Shown: positions 1 through 10,217, counted from the stretch's first letter. The stretch: DNA of 64,000 nt from Anaerolineae bacterium (GCA_027021705.1 JALUTT010000108.1:1-64000), one strand, 5' to 3'. Made by a program: numbers and translations. The notes: generated by a model not told the origin, from the sequence alone.

Positions 1-3
1 GAG

Positions 4-1149
4 ATGACGGCGAAGCTGGAGGAGCGGACGCGGGAGCTGGAGGCGCTGCTGAAGCAGCAGCGGGAGGAGGCCAGCAAGGTCCAGGCGATCCTGGCCAGCA
101 TCGCCGATGGGGTCCTGGTGGAGGACCGGGATGGCAAGATCGTCCTGATGAACCAGGCAGCCCAGAACCTGCTTGACTCTCTTTCGGAGGAACTCACTCC
201 AGCAGAAGTGCTGCGAAAGCTGTCCGTTGGATCGGGCGGAGGCGGGGAAGAGCGCCGTCTGCAGATCGGAGACCGGGTGATTGCTGGCCATGCCTCACCC
301 GTTCACACGGCCGATGGGGAGTGGCTGGGCCACGTGATCATTATGCGCGACATCACCCGGGAGGTGGCTATCACCCGGATGGAAGCGGAGATCGAGCACC
401 TCCGCCTCCTAGACAGGCAGAAGACCGAGTTCATCTCCGTGGCCTCCCATGAGCTGCGCACCCCGCTGACCAGCCTCAAGACCTACCTGGAAAACCTGCT
501 GGACGGAACCTACGGGGAACTGAACCCGGTTCAGCGGGACAGGCTGGAGCGGGCGCTGGCCCGCACGGAAGAGGAGATCGCTCTGGTACGTAACATGCTG
601 GACTTGGCCCGTTTCGAGTCAGGCCGTCGCACCCTCAAGCGGGAGCAGATCGAGGTCCTCCCCCTGATTCAGGATGCTGAGCAGCTCTTCCAAATCGAGG
701 CCCAGAATGCTGGGGTTCAGATCCGGGCAAACATTCCCCCAAGGCTGTACGTACAAGCAGACCGAACCCGCATCCTCCAGGTGCTCTACAACCTGCTGCA
801 CAACGCTTTGAAGTTCACACCACCGGGCGGTACAGTGACCGTCACCGCTTCCCAAGACGATGGCGAGGTGCGGATCGCCGTTGCCGACACCGGCATCGGC
901 ATCCCTCAGGAGGAGCAAGAACGCATCTTCGAGCGTTACTACCAGGTTCGCGACCCCCGCTCCCCTCGCAGTGGTGAGGGGATGGGCATCGGGCTCAGCG
1001 TCGCCCGTGAGATCGTCGAGTTGCATGGAGGGCGGATTTGGGTGGAGAGCCAGGTAGATGCGGGCTCTACCTTCTACTTCACACTGCCCTTCCCCGCCGG
1101 CGGTGATCAGGAGGGAAGCGATGAGACCGGCCACGGTTCTGGTGATTGA
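4..1149 (+). CDS. PAS-domain sensor histidine kinase (probably 5'-truncated by the window edge)
   Basis: H-box FISVASHELRTPL, N-box QVLYNLLHNALKF, G1 DTGIG, G2 GMGIGL; PAS-like segment IADGVLVEDRDGKIVLMN. Confidence 0.93.
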   Translation: MTAKLEERTRELEALLKQQREEASKVQAILASIADGVLVEDRDGKIVLMNQAAQNLLDSLSEELTPAEVLRKLSVGSGGGGEERRLQIGDRVIAGHASPVHTADGEWLGHVIIMRDITREVAITRMEAEIEHLRLLDRQKTEFISVASHELRTPLTSLKTYLENLLDGTYGELNPVQRDRLERALARTEEEIALVRNMLDLARFESGRRTLKREQIEVLPLIQDAEQLFQIEAQNAGVQIRANIPPRLYVQADRTRILQVLYNLLHNALKFTPPGGTVTVTASQDDGEVRIAVADTGIGIPQEEQERIFERYYQVRDPRSPRSGEGMGIGLSVAREIVELHGGRIWVESQVDAGSTFYFTLPFPAGGDQEGSDETGHGSGD

Positions 1150-2650
1150 CGACGATCCCGACGTGCTCCTCTCTGTCCAGGATGCGCTTGCTTTCTACGG
1201 CTACCAGGTCCTCTCGTCCCCCGATGGGAGAGAAGGGCTGGAGAAGGCGCGGGCCTTTCGGCCTGATCTCATCATCCTCGATGTCAAGCTGCCTGACATA
1301 GATGGCTACGAGGTCTGTCGTCGCCTGCGGGCCGATCCAGGCACGCGAAGCATCCCCATCATTATGTTCACAGCTATGAGCGGAGCTGACGACCGGGCTC
1401 AGGCCTTCAAGATGGGAGCTGACCAGTATTTGCTCAAAGACCTCGACGAGATGTCCAAACCTTTCAACAAAGAGGAGTTGAGGGCCCGGATCGAAGGGCT
1501 TCTCCAAAGGGCACGGCGAGAGCCCCCTCCGCCACCGCGCCCTCCCGATGCCCTCCTGACCATCACGTATGGCTCCGATGGACGGGTGCTCATCGAGTCT
1601 CGGGGCGTCGAAGTCTTTGCCGGCGAGGGGGGGCGCTTGGACCTGGACCGGGAGATGATCCGACGGGAGATGGACAACGTAGGGCGCTTCATGCTGGAGA
1701 ACCGGCAGTGGCGATTTGAGGTCAAGCGGATCGGGCAGTCCCTCTACCGGCAACTCTTCGATGCCATGCCCATCCTGACGGGACGCTACAATGCCATTCT
1801 GGCCCGCGTCAAACGTCGGGATCTCCACATTATCTTCAAGGGGGAGCGCGAGGCCCTGGGCATTCCCTTCGAGACCCTCTTCGATGGACAGGATTACCTG
1901 GTGCTTCAGCACCAACTCTACCGCTTCGTGATGGGGGTGCCACCGATCACCTCCGCTCTCCCTCTGGCCGATTGGCTCGCCCGGCTACGGGAGAAGGGGG
2001 AACCCCTTCGCCTCCTGCTGATCGCTGCCCGTCCTCGCTCTCCCGGGCTGGCCGTGGATGAGGAGATTCAAGCGATCCGCCAGATCGTCATTAAAGAGGC
2101 TCCCAGAATCGGCCTCCGTGTCCAGGTGGACACCTTGCCCTCTGAGAGAGCCACCTACACGGCTGTGCTCACTGCGCTGGAGCAGGGGGGCTATCACCTC
2201 ATCCACTTCGCCGGCCACGGATGGTACGAGGCAGGTCGGCCCGAGCAGAGCGGCATCCTCGTGGGCCGCGAACCGGACCCCAGAAAGCACGTACACCCCC
2301 TCCCCACCTACACGCTGGTGGACCTCTTACGGGACTCTGAGGTCCAGTTCGTCTACCTGAGCAGTTGCCGGGGCGCTCAGAGCGGTCCTGCTTTGCACCT
2401 GCTGGACAACGAGTACCTGGGGCTGATAGATGGGTTGATCCAGGCCGGCGTTCCCGCCGTGCTGGGCTTCCGGTGGCCGGTCCACGACTCAGGGGCTCAG
2501 GCCTTCGCTCGGAGCTTCTACACTGCCCTCTTCCAATCCTACGCCCCTTCCCCAAGTCGGGTGCTGCTGGAGGCCCGCCGCCAGATCGCCCGAACTCGGC
2601 GGGATGACCCAACCTGGCTCTCCCCGGTGCTGATCTCTCAGGTGCCGTAA
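1121..2650 (+). CDS. Response-regulator receiver fused to a CHAT (caspase-like peptidase) domain
   Basis: ATG at 1121 follows GGAGGGAAG. Receiver motifs VIDDD, IILDVKLP, MFTA, KPF. CHAT motifs IPFETL, LIHFAGHG, YLSSC, GVPAVLGFRWPVHD, FARSFY, WLSPVL. Confidence 0.88.
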   Translation: MRPATVLVIDDDPDVLLSVQDALAFYGYQVLSSPDGREGLEKARAFRPDLIILDVKLPDIDGYEVCRRLRADPGTRSIPIIMFTAMSGADDRAQAFKMGADQYLLKDLDEMSKPFNKEELRARIEGLLQRARREPPPPPRPPDALLTITYGSDGRVLIESRGVEVFAGEGGRLDLDREMIRREMDNVGRFMLENRQWRFEVKRIGQSLYRQLFDAMPILTGRYNAILARVKRRDLHIIFKGEREALGIPFETLFDGQDYLVLQHQLYRFVMGVPPITSALPLADWLARLREKGEPLRLLLIAARPRSPGLAVDEEIQAIRQIVIKEAPRIGLRVQVDTLPSERATYTAVLTALEQGGYHLIHFAGHGWYEAGRPEQSGILVGREPDPRKHVHPLPTYTLVDLLRDSEVQFVYLSSCRGAQSGPALHLLDNEYLGLIDGLIQAGVPAVLGFRWPVHDSGAQAFARSFYTALFQSYAPSPSRVLLEARRQIARTRRDDPTWLSPVLISQVP

Positions 2651-2725
2651 CTGCTTTGCGCCGGCCCGGGGCCCGCAGCCAACGACGCTCTAGAGATGTA
2701 GGTGATCACCGAACGCAACGCTCAA

Positions 2726-2759
2726 AGGGCCGGACCCTCCTCCCGGAGGGTCCGGCCCT
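2726..2759. terminator. 15-bp perfect inverted repeat between convergent genes (probable intrinsic terminator)
   Basis: agggccggaccctcc-tccc-ggagggtccggccct; short T run after the stem on the minus strand. Confidence 0.7.
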
Positions 2760-2786
2760 GGGCCTCCCAGGGACGTTGAACACCCA

Positions 2787-3347
2787 TCACCGTTCCGGCT
2801 GCGGACCGCTCCAGCGACGGCGCAGCAGCGCAACGAGCGCCAGGAAGGCCCCCAGTCCGGCGCCAACGGCCAATAGGTTGGCGCCGGTGCCGGTGCGCGG
2901 CAGCTTCCCACTTCCGGCCACGCCCATAAAGGGTGTGGCCGTCGGCGTCGCAGGGGCCGCGGGGGGAGGCGGTGGGGGCGGTGGGGGCGGTGGAGCCACC
3001 GTCGCCGGAGCCGTGGTGGGCGTAGGCGACGGAGGAGCAGCTGTGGCTGTCGGTGACGGCAGGACGGGGGTGGCGGTGAAGGTCGGTGTAGGCGGTGGGG
3101 ATGTCGGAGTGGCGGTGAAGGTCGGCGTGGGCCCCGGCGGAGTGGCCGTCGGCGATGGAGGGATAGGAGTGGCCGTGGGGGTGGCCGTGGGACCGGTCGG
3201 CGTGGCGGTAAAGGTCGGCGTCGGGCCTGGCGGGGTAGGTGTCGGGGGTTGGGCTGCTGCCTCTCCCACGAGTCTTCCTATCACCAGACCGAACAGAAGA
3301 AGCCACGCCACCAGCTTGAGCCCCTGAACAGAGCACATTCCCTTCAT
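2787..3347 (-). CDS. Pro/Thr-rich surface protein with LPxTG-type C-terminal sorting signal
   Basis: Hydrophobic signal peptide, PTATP repeats, then KLPRTG, a hydrophobic stretch and RRR; ATG 3347 follows GAGAGGGG. Confidence 0.8.
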   Translation of the reverse strand: MKGMCSVQGLKLVAWLLLFGLVIGRLVGEAAAQPPTPTPPGPTPTFTATPTGPTATPTATPIPPSPTATPPGPTPTFTATPTSPPPTPTFTATPVLPSPTATAAPPSPTPTTAPATVAPPPPPPPPPPPAAPATPTATPFMGVAGSGKLPRTGTGANLLAVGAGLGAFLALVALLRRRWSGPQPER

Positions 3348-3422
3348 GTCTGCCCCTCTCTCAACGGGTATGCTTCGCAGCACCCGCCCCCTCAGGGTCG
3401 GGCACCTCTGCCTCCACAAGCA

Positions 3423-6400
3423 TCAGCGATTGCGCAACACGACGGGCAGGTAGACATCGTAGGAGGGCTCGCCGACCACCATCACCCCGCCGTCGTAGAC
3501 ATTGTTCGTCTCAATCGCCTCCCGGATCAGCCCGAAGGACTTCCCCCAATAGCCCCCTCCCGGCCAGCTCACGTCCGCCTGGATGTAGATGCGATAGGTA
3601 TCCGCCGGCAATACAAGGGGGAAGGCCAACTGACGTGTCTGCCTCGCCTGAAGCTGGGAAGGCCAGGCCAGATACTCCATCCGGGTCTGGGAGCAGGCAG
3701 CATCGCTACAGTACCCTCCGGCGTGGTCAAAGACGTCGCTGGGCGGACCAGCCGGCGTGAAGCCACTCCCTTTGGCGTAGAGCTCCACGACAAAGAGCCA
3801 CCAGGCATCGGCACTGCCATCCCAGCGGGCGACCACGTCGTCCTTCCCCTGGTTCTCGATGGTCACGTAAACGGTGATGGGCTGGCCCGCCTTGGGCGAA
3901 GAGGGCTCCCACCAAACGTCCGATACGATCAGGTCAGGACCGCGCAGGATGTCCACGTCCTGGTCCACATTGTTCGACCGATCTGCCTCGATGACCGTGC
4001 CCGTGACGTGGTAGCCGATCTGGACCGTGTTGGTGACCGTCCAGATCTCCTGGGGAACTGTACTGCTGACATCTACCCGAAATTGGACCGAGCCGGTCCC
4101 GCCGGGGGACAGCGTGCCGACTGGGTAGGTAAAGACGTTGGCGGAGACCGGCATCCAACCGGTGCCTCCACCCAGTAGGTAGCCGGCCGGTTGGATCGTT
4201 GCCGTCAGCACCACCTGCTCCAGATTCAGCCCCACGTCATTGGCGTTGGTGAAGGTGACGGTGTAGAACAGGGTATCCCCTTCGTTGACCCACAGCACCC
4301 CATCATCCACCGAGACCTGGGCATCCACGCGGGGAATCTCCGTCACCCCTAGGGGAGCCGTGCGCAGGGAGGGGAGGACAAAGGAACCTGTGCGGGTATC
4401 CAGGGTGTTGTAGTAGGTGCCGGTGCGGGCGTATTGGTCCACCTGAGCGATGAAGCGAAGAGTGACCGTCTCGTTATCCGCGATGGACAGCCCGTCCCAT
4501 ACCACCACCGGCGAGGTAATCACCGGAGGCCGGCTGGGAGGCAGGATGGCAACGTAGGTCACCGATGGGGGCAGGGTATCGGTGAGGCGGAGAGTCTGAG
4601 GAGCGCCGGTGTCGTTGTAGAGCGTGATGGTGTAGGTGACCTGCTGGCCGGCCACCACGTTTTCCGGCCAGACGCTCTTGCTCCGCTCAACGGTAGGGAT
4701 GCCCTCGACGATGAGCGGAGCCGTCTCCCCCGTCTCGGGCACCACCACCGCGTCGAAGGGGGAGACCGCTTTCTCGGCGGAACCGATGACCTGGTTGTAG
4801 TAGGTCCCGCTCAGGAGCTGATCATCGGTCGCCACCCGGAAGGAGAGTTTGAGGCTGTCCTGCTGCCTCAGCTTGTCCGGGATCTCCCAGACCAGCGGGG
4901 AGGTGACCACCGGGGCCGGCCCGTTGACCATCTCGAGGAAGGTGAACCCCGATGGCAAGGTGTCGGTCAGGCGGATATTCTGGATGTCCGTATTGGAGCC
5001 ATTGAAGAGGGTGATGGTGTAGACGACCGGCTGGCCGGCGATGGTCCGGCTGGGCGCCACCGTCTTGTAGAGCCCGATGCCGGAGACGACCAGAAGCCGA
5101 ACCTCCTCGTAGTACCTCTCGGTATACGTGACGTAGACCGAGGAACTGGTCCCCCGGAGCTCGTTGTACTGATACCCCAGCAGGGCGAAGGAGCGCACCC
5201 GGAACTTGATGGTGGTCTTGTCGGTCCCGCTGCCGGCCGCCCCCAGGCTGGGGATCGCCCAGACCAGCGGCGAGAGGCTGACCGGATCGGGACCGCTCAC
5301 GTGGTCCACATACTGGAAGCCATAGGGGAGGGTGTCGGTGACGCGCACATTGGAGACGGGGGCACCCGTCAGGTTCTGGATCTCCAGCGTGTACTCGACC
5401 AGACCGTAGGGTCCGATCTCCGAAGGGTTGGGCCGCTTCCTGAGGGAGACCCCTCGCCGCACCTGGACCCTCTCCTCGCTCTTAGGAATGCAGATGTCGG
5501 GCTGGGGGGCCGAGGAGGCCGTAGCCCGGCTGGTCACATCCACCTTCCTGAAGGGAGCCTCCAGCAGGAAGCGGATGGTGTGCCCCCCGGAGGGAGCCAG
5601 GTCAATGTTGCGCCAGATATAGTAGGGTGGTGAGATCTCGTCCGGCGGCGGCGTACCCGGTGCCTCCCCTAGGTAGACGAAGCCGTTGGGCAACTCGTAG
5701 GTCACCGTGATGCCGTTGACCGCCTGGGGCGGGCTCCGCATGTTGTTCACCAGCGAGAGGGTCACCGTCATCGTGCCGCTAAACCCCACCGGGTTGGGAT
5801 AGACCGTCTGCTCCAGGGAGACATGGGGAAGCACGTAGACCGGCGCGGCCCTGTCCCCGTTGTACCACCAACCTTCCGGGACCACCGTGTGGGGGCCAAA
5901 GGTGCTCTTCTCCTGGTAAATCGTTCGTCTCGCCTCCTGACCCAAGTTGTCGCACCAAACGGTGCCCGCTCCGTAGCCGACCACCGTCACGTAGAAGAGG
6001 TGTTCCCATTGACTCCCGCCATCTCGCAACAAGGTGACGGGTGGGCTAATCGTAGTCGTATAGGTGCCGCTGCCGCCGGCCAAGAAGCCATCGGGGAGAA
6101 AGTCCCGGAACCCATCAATGTCGTAATCCCGCAATGGGGAGATGTTCCACACCGTGTAGGTGTAGGGAAAGGTCTCCCCTTGCACAACCGGATCCGCCGG
6201 GCCAACCTTCTCGTAGACGAGGGGGGAGACGATCTTGACCCGGGCCTTGTTGCGGATGTCGCAGATGTAGGTCCCAGGGCTATAGCCGTAGACATCGTTC
6301 CCGTACTCGCCCAAGAGATCACCGTCCGCCAGAGCGCGGAAGGAGAACTCGATGCTCCCACCGGCCGGCACGGTCGGCACGTCGTCCCACCAGATCACAT

Positions 6401-8129
6401 TGGTATCCGTGGGATGCACCGAGGGAACGCCGGGCGGCGGGGAGGAGACCATGCTCACAAAGCGGAAGAAGGATGGCATCGCGTCGGTAATGATGATGCC
6501 CTGAACAGGGGTATCGCCATCGTTCTGAAGGGTAATGGTGTAAGTGATCTCACCACCGGGATACTGACTGGAGGGGACCACCCGCTTGCTGATCCTGATC
6601 TGAGGCACTACGGTGACCTGCGCCAGCTTATCGTCCACATAGGTATCTGGAAAGGAGGCCGACGTCGTCGTCAAGACGTTGTAGTACCCCTTGACACCAC
6701 AGTCGTTGCCCACCGGTGTCTGAGCACCGATATAGGCCCGAAAGGTGAAGCTGATGACGCCGCTGGCAGGGAGCGCCAGCCCCTCCCAGGTGACCACGTT
6801 GGAGGCCACGCTGGTGGGCGCGGGACCATCCACCATCTGCTCGAACCAGAAAGTTGCCGGCAGTTCGTCCACCACCCTGAGATCGTTCACCGCCTCCTGC
6901 AGCGGGTTGTAGACGTAGATGGTGTAGGTGATCGGGCGGTTGGGGAAGCTGCGGTTCGGGTCCGACGGTGGACTCGTCGTCTCGAAGGTCTTATCCATCG
7001 GGTTGAGGATCTTGACCGAAAGGTCGCTGATGCACTGGACCGGGCTCACCATCTCGGCCGCGATCGCCTGGCAGTCCGCTCGGCGGTTGATCACGTACTG
7101 ATTGATCGGGGCATCCAAGCGAACGCGCACCGTAAAGGTCACGTAGGTGGTCTGCCCAGGGTTGAGGACGAAGTCGGTCGGGAAGGTCCAGGTGATGCGA
7201 TGGGCTGCTGTGACGTATTCGGTGGAAACCCCGGCTTCCGCCGCCCACGCTGTAACGTAATCGAACTGACTGGGCAGGTCTTCCCACACCCGCAGTTGGG
7301 TGGCAGGCCAGGAGTCGGCCCGTTCATCGGTGCTGAGGTTGTCAATGCGGATAGTGTAGGTCAGTAGACGGCCGATCCGCTCCGCCTTCACCACCCCGCT
7401 CGAGGCCCCCGTTTCCGTCTCGACGCTTTTGCTCAGCTTCAGCACCGGACCGACGATGCTGGAGACGATGATGGCCTCGTCACCGGCCACGCCCGGTGTG
7501 CTGGTGGTGATCACCGCCGAGTTCTCCATCCCCGATGGACCGACCGTTGGATCCCTGTAGCCGGGCTGAAGGGTATCGGGGACACCCATAGTGAAGACGA
7601 GGGTGCCTACAACCCCCGGCCCCACGTCGGCCAGACGCCAGGTGGCCTCACCCCGCCGCCGGGTCTGGTTCACCGTGTAGGTGAAAAAGTCCACGGTCAC
7701 ACCGCTGACGGTGTAGTTGCCGTCGTACTCCGCCAGCGGCGGGTCGCTCCCCGGATACCTCTCGGCATTGGTCGTCCAGGTGTCGGTGATGATGACACCC
7801 TGCAATGTCTGCCCTGTATGGTTGGTGAAGATCAGCGTGTAAGTGAGGGTGTCGAAGATGGAGACACGATCAGGACCAATCTTGGTGATTTCGAGACCAC
7901 CCTGTTGGGGGGCCAGGACTGGCTGAGGACGCGGTTCAACGACGGCGGGTTGACGCAGCAGCTTAGGGAAGGGAAGAAGCAAAGGGTCTGTAGGTCGGGC
8001 GGCGGCGAGAGGGTCGGGGCGGGCCAAGAGCGTCACCCCTAACGTCCCCCCCACAGCCAACAGGAGGGCGATCACCACCCCTATCCAGCCCCGAGGAGCG
8101 GAACGGATAGACGGACGTCCCGGCACCAT
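3423..8129 (-). CDS. Large secreted DUF11-repeat surface protein with CARDB-like domain and C-terminal YLPVVLR motif
   Basis: Signal peptide; about 10 repeats of K...TYTITLxN...ITDxLP; PDLIVSDV...TIENQG segment; RBS AGGAGGAGG. Confidence 0.85.
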   Translation of the reverse strand: MVPGRPSIRSAPRGWIGVVIALLLAVGGTLGVTLLARPDPLAAARPTDPLLLPFPKLLRQPAVVEPRPQPVLAPQQGGLEITKIGPDRVSIFDTLTYTLIFTNHTGQTLQGVIITDTWTTNAERYPGSDPPLAEYDGNYTVSGVTVDFFTYTVNQTRRRGEATWRLADVGPGVVGTLVFTMGVPDTLQPGYRDPTVGPSGMENSAVITTSTPGVAGDEAIIVSSIVGPVLKLSKSVETETGASSGVVKAERIGRLLTYTIRIDNLSTDERADSWPATQLRVWEDLPSQFDYVTAWAAEAGVSTEYVTAAHRITWTFPTDFVLNPGQTTYVTFTVRVRLDAPINQYVINRRADCQAIAAEMVSPVQCISDLSVKILNPMDKTFETTSPPSDPNRSFPNRPITYTIYVYNPLQEAVNDLRVVDELPATFWFEQMVDGPAPTSVASNVVTWEGLALPASGVISFTFRAYIGAQTPVGNDCGVKGYYNVLTTTSASFPDTYVDDKLAQVTVVPQIRISKRVVPSSQYPGGEITYTITLQNDGDTPVQGIIITDAMPSFFRFVSMVSSPPPGVPSVHPTDTNVIWWDDVPTVPAGGSIEFSFRALADGDLLGEYGNDVYGYSPGTYICDIRNKARVKIVSPLVYEKVGPADPVVQGETFPYTYTVWNISPLRDYDIDGFRDFLPDGFLAGGSGTYTTTISPPVTLLRDGGSQWEHLFYVTVVGYGAGTVWCDNLGQEARRTIYQEKSTFGPHTVVPEGWWYNGDRAAPVYVLPHVSLEQTVYPNPVGFSGTMTVTLSLVNNMRSPPQAVNGITVTYELPNGFVYLGEAPGTPPPDEISPPYYIWRNIDLAPSGGHTIRFLLEAPFRKVDVTSRATASSAPQPDICIPKSEERVQVRRGVSLRKRPNPSEIGPYGLVEYTLEIQNLTGAPVSNVRVTDTLPYGFQYVDHVSGPDPVSLSPLVWAIPSLGAAGSGTDKTTIKFRVRSFALLGYQYNELRGTSSSVYVTYTERYYEEVRLLVVSGIGLYKTVAPSRTIAGQPVVYTITLFNGSNTDIQNIRLTDTLPSGFTFLEMVNGPAPVVTSPLVWEIPDKLRQQDSLKLSFRVATDDQLLSGTYYNQVIGSAEKAVSPFDAVVVPETGETAPLIVEGIPTVERSKSVWPENVVAGQQVTYTITLYNDTGAPQTLRLTDTLPPSVTYVAILPPSRPPVITSPVVVWDGLSIADNETVTLRFIAQVDQYARTGTYYNTLDTRTGSFVLPSLRTAPLGVTEIPRVDAQVSVDDGVLWVNEGDTLFYTVTFTNANDVGLNLEQVVLTATIQPAGYLLGGGTGWMPVSANVFTYPVGTLSPGGTGSVQFRVDVSSTVPQEIWTVTNTVQIGYHVTGTVIEADRSNNVDQDVDILRGPDLIVSDVWWEPSSPKAGQPITVYVTIENQGKDDVVARWDGSADAWWLFVVELYAKGSGFTPAGPPSDVFDHAGGYCSDAACSQTRMEYLAWPSQLQARQTRQLAFPLVLPADTYRIYIQADVSWPGGGYWGKSFGLIREAIETNNVYDGGVMVVGEPSYDVYLPVVLRNR

Positions 8130-8268
8130 GATACCTCCTCCTTACCTGCGAACCGGCCAGACCATCTGTCGCACTCGTTCCTACAACGATCTGGTTCCCC
8201 ACCATCGCCCTGACGATGGCCTTCGACACCTATCCCCACCGCCTTGCGCCTGGCGCATGTATGCGTAT

Positions 8269-8297
8269 ACTATATATGCAATGTCCCAAAATGTCAA
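8269..8297 (-). promoter_or_regulatory. Sigma70-type promoter for the DUF11/LPxTG genes
   Basis: TTGACA-17bp-TATAGT on the minus strand; overlaps a weaker plus-strand TTGCGC-16bp-TATACT (8244-8271). Confidence 0.7.
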
Positions 8298-8315
8298 CCG
8301 CTGAGAAGACGAAGA

Positions 8316-9965
8316 ATGGAGCCCGAACGCAGACGGTATCGCACCTCTCTCCGCCCACCTTCCCCCTCCTCGGCAACTCCTCGAGAGTGGACCCTCGCCC
8401 TGTCCCTGTCGGTCCTGTTGGGGATGCTCCTCTACCTGGGTGCCAGCCGGATCATCGCCGGACGGCTGGGCTTTCCCCTCGATGACGCTTGGATCCACCA
8501 GACCTACGCCCGCAACCTGGCCGTGTACGGCCAGTGGTCCTTCACACCCGGCCAGCCCAGCACCGGGTCCACGGCCCCGTTATGGACCCTGTTGCTCGCC
8601 CTCGGCTATCTCCTGGGCATCCCCTTCCGCCTCTGGACCTATGGACTAGGCGCTCTGACACTGGTAGGGACAGCGCTTCTGGCAGCCCGGATGGGTCGCC
8701 ACCTCTTCCCCGACTATCCACCGGCCCCCTGGATAGCCGGCCTGTTCTGTGCTGTGGAATGGCACCTGGTCTGGGCCGCCGCTTCAGGGATGGAAACAGC
8801 CCTGTTCACCTTCTTCTCGCTGCTGTTCTTGGAACGGGCCCTCGTCTGGACAACAGCACCGGGAAGGCGACAGCGGCGAGGGATGGGTAGTAGGCAACCA
8901 CAGAGGCGGTCATCCAGTAGTCCGCGAGGGCTGCCACTCCTGGGAGGGCTGCTGATCCTGATCCGACCGGAAGGGATCGGGCTGGTGACCCTCGTGGTTT
9001 TGCTGCTGGCCTGGACCCAGTGGCGCCAACGCCGCCCTCTGGGCCGTCCTCTCCTGACGTTTGCCGCCATCTTGGTCTTGGTCCTTTCCCCCTATCTGCT
9101 CTTCAACCTGTGGGTGACGGGCCGCCCCTGGCCCAACACCTTCTACGCCAAGCAGGCGGAGTACGCTGTGCTCTTCGCCCGCTTCTCCTTCCTCACCCGC
9201 CTGGTCCGGGTGGCGTTGGCCCCCTGGACCGGAGCCCAGGTCCTCCTGGTTCCCGGCTTCCTCTACGCGCTCGCACGCCTGCTCCGCGCTGCCCTGCGCG
9301 GTGACCTCCGCGCCCAGAGGGGCCTGCTCCCCCCCCTCTGGGCGGCCTCTCTCCTGCTCGTCTACGCCTGGCGGCTCCCCGTGACCTACCAGCACGGTCG
9401 CTATCAGATGCCCACCATCCCGATCTTCCTGCTCTACGGCGTCGTGGGTACCTTCGCCCTCCTGCATCGGGGGGCCCCTGGGGGGAAGGAGAGCAAGCCG
9501 GGACGGCAGAGGCTCTCCTGGGTCCTGAAGCGCTCGTTGTTCCTCTCCCTCATCCTCCTCGCCTTGCTCTTCTGGGTGGTCGGTGCCTACCGCTATGGAC
9601 AGGATGTAGCTTTTATCGAAGGGGAGATGGTCACGGTGGCCCAATGGCTCAACACCCACACCGCCCCCGAGGCCCGCATTGCCGTCCACGACATTGGGGC
9701 CATCGGGTACTTCACCCGTCGCCCCCTTCTGGACCTGGCCGGATTGATCACCCCCGAGGTCATCCCCTTCATCCGTGACGAAGCACGGCTGGCCGACTGG
9801 CTGGTGCAGCAGCAAGCCGATTACCTGGTCACCTTCCCCTCCTGGTATCCCCAATTGGTCCGGGATCCCCGCTGGCGGCTGGTCTATCAGACGGAGACGG
9901 CGATCACCCGCCAGATGGGGGGCGACAATATGGCGGTTTACCAGGCCCTTCGTCCCGACGAATAA
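8316..9965 (+). CDS. Polytopic membrane glycosyltransferase, GT-C/ArnT-PMT-like
   Basis: PLDDAWIH loop after TM1, GSTAPLW, SGMET, RPEG, PNTFYAK, HDIGAIGY, DLAGL; many TM segments. Confidence 0.72.
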   Translation: MEPERRRYRTSLRPPSPSSATPREWTLALSLSVLLGMLLYLGASRIIAGRLGFPLDDAWIHQTYARNLAVYGQWSFTPGQPSTGSTAPLWTLLLALGYLLGIPFRLWTYGLGALTLVGTALLAARMGRHLFPDYPPAPWIAGLFCAVEWHLVWAAASGMETALFTFFSLLFLERALVWTTAPGRRQRRGMGSRQPQRRSSSSPRGLPLLGGLLILIRPEGIGLVTLVVLLLAWTQWRQRRPLGRPLLTFAAILVLVLSPYLLFNLWVTGRPWPNTFYAKQAEYAVLFARFSFLTRLVRVALAPWTGAQVLLVPGFLYALARLLRAALRGDLRAQRGLLPPLWAASLLLVYAWRLPVTYQHGRYQMPTIPIFLLYGVVGTFALLHRGAPGGKESKPGRQRLSWVLKRSLFLSLILLALLFWVVGAYRYGQDVAFIEGEMVTVAQWLNTHTAPEARIAVHDIGAIGYFTRRPLLDLAGLITPEVIPFIRDEARLADWLVQQQADYLVTFPSWYPQLVRDPRWRLVYQTETAITRQMGGDNMAVYQALRPDE

Positions 9966-10013
9966 CCGCTTTTTACCAATTTCTAACCTTTTCCTAACCT
10001 TTCCTCATACACT
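9962..10013 (+). promoter_or_regulatory. Phased CTAAC-like boxes plus TACACT -10
   Basis: ataac 9962, tttac 9972, ctaac 9983, ctaac 9994; TACACT 10008-10013. Confidence 0.55.
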
Positions 10014-10217
10014 TCTCGGTTAACATGGTATCCTGTATAGTGCCGACCATGCCGGGAAGAGGTCGTAACACCTTCCAGGCTCCAACGTTACACATACTGG
10101 AGCGTCTTCGGTCAGCCTACCGCTGCCTTCAATCCTCCCAGACCGCTGACAAGGGGCTCACAGTCCTATCATTCCCGTGCGTTGGCGCTCAAGATGACCA
10201 GGGCATAGGCAGCGCTG

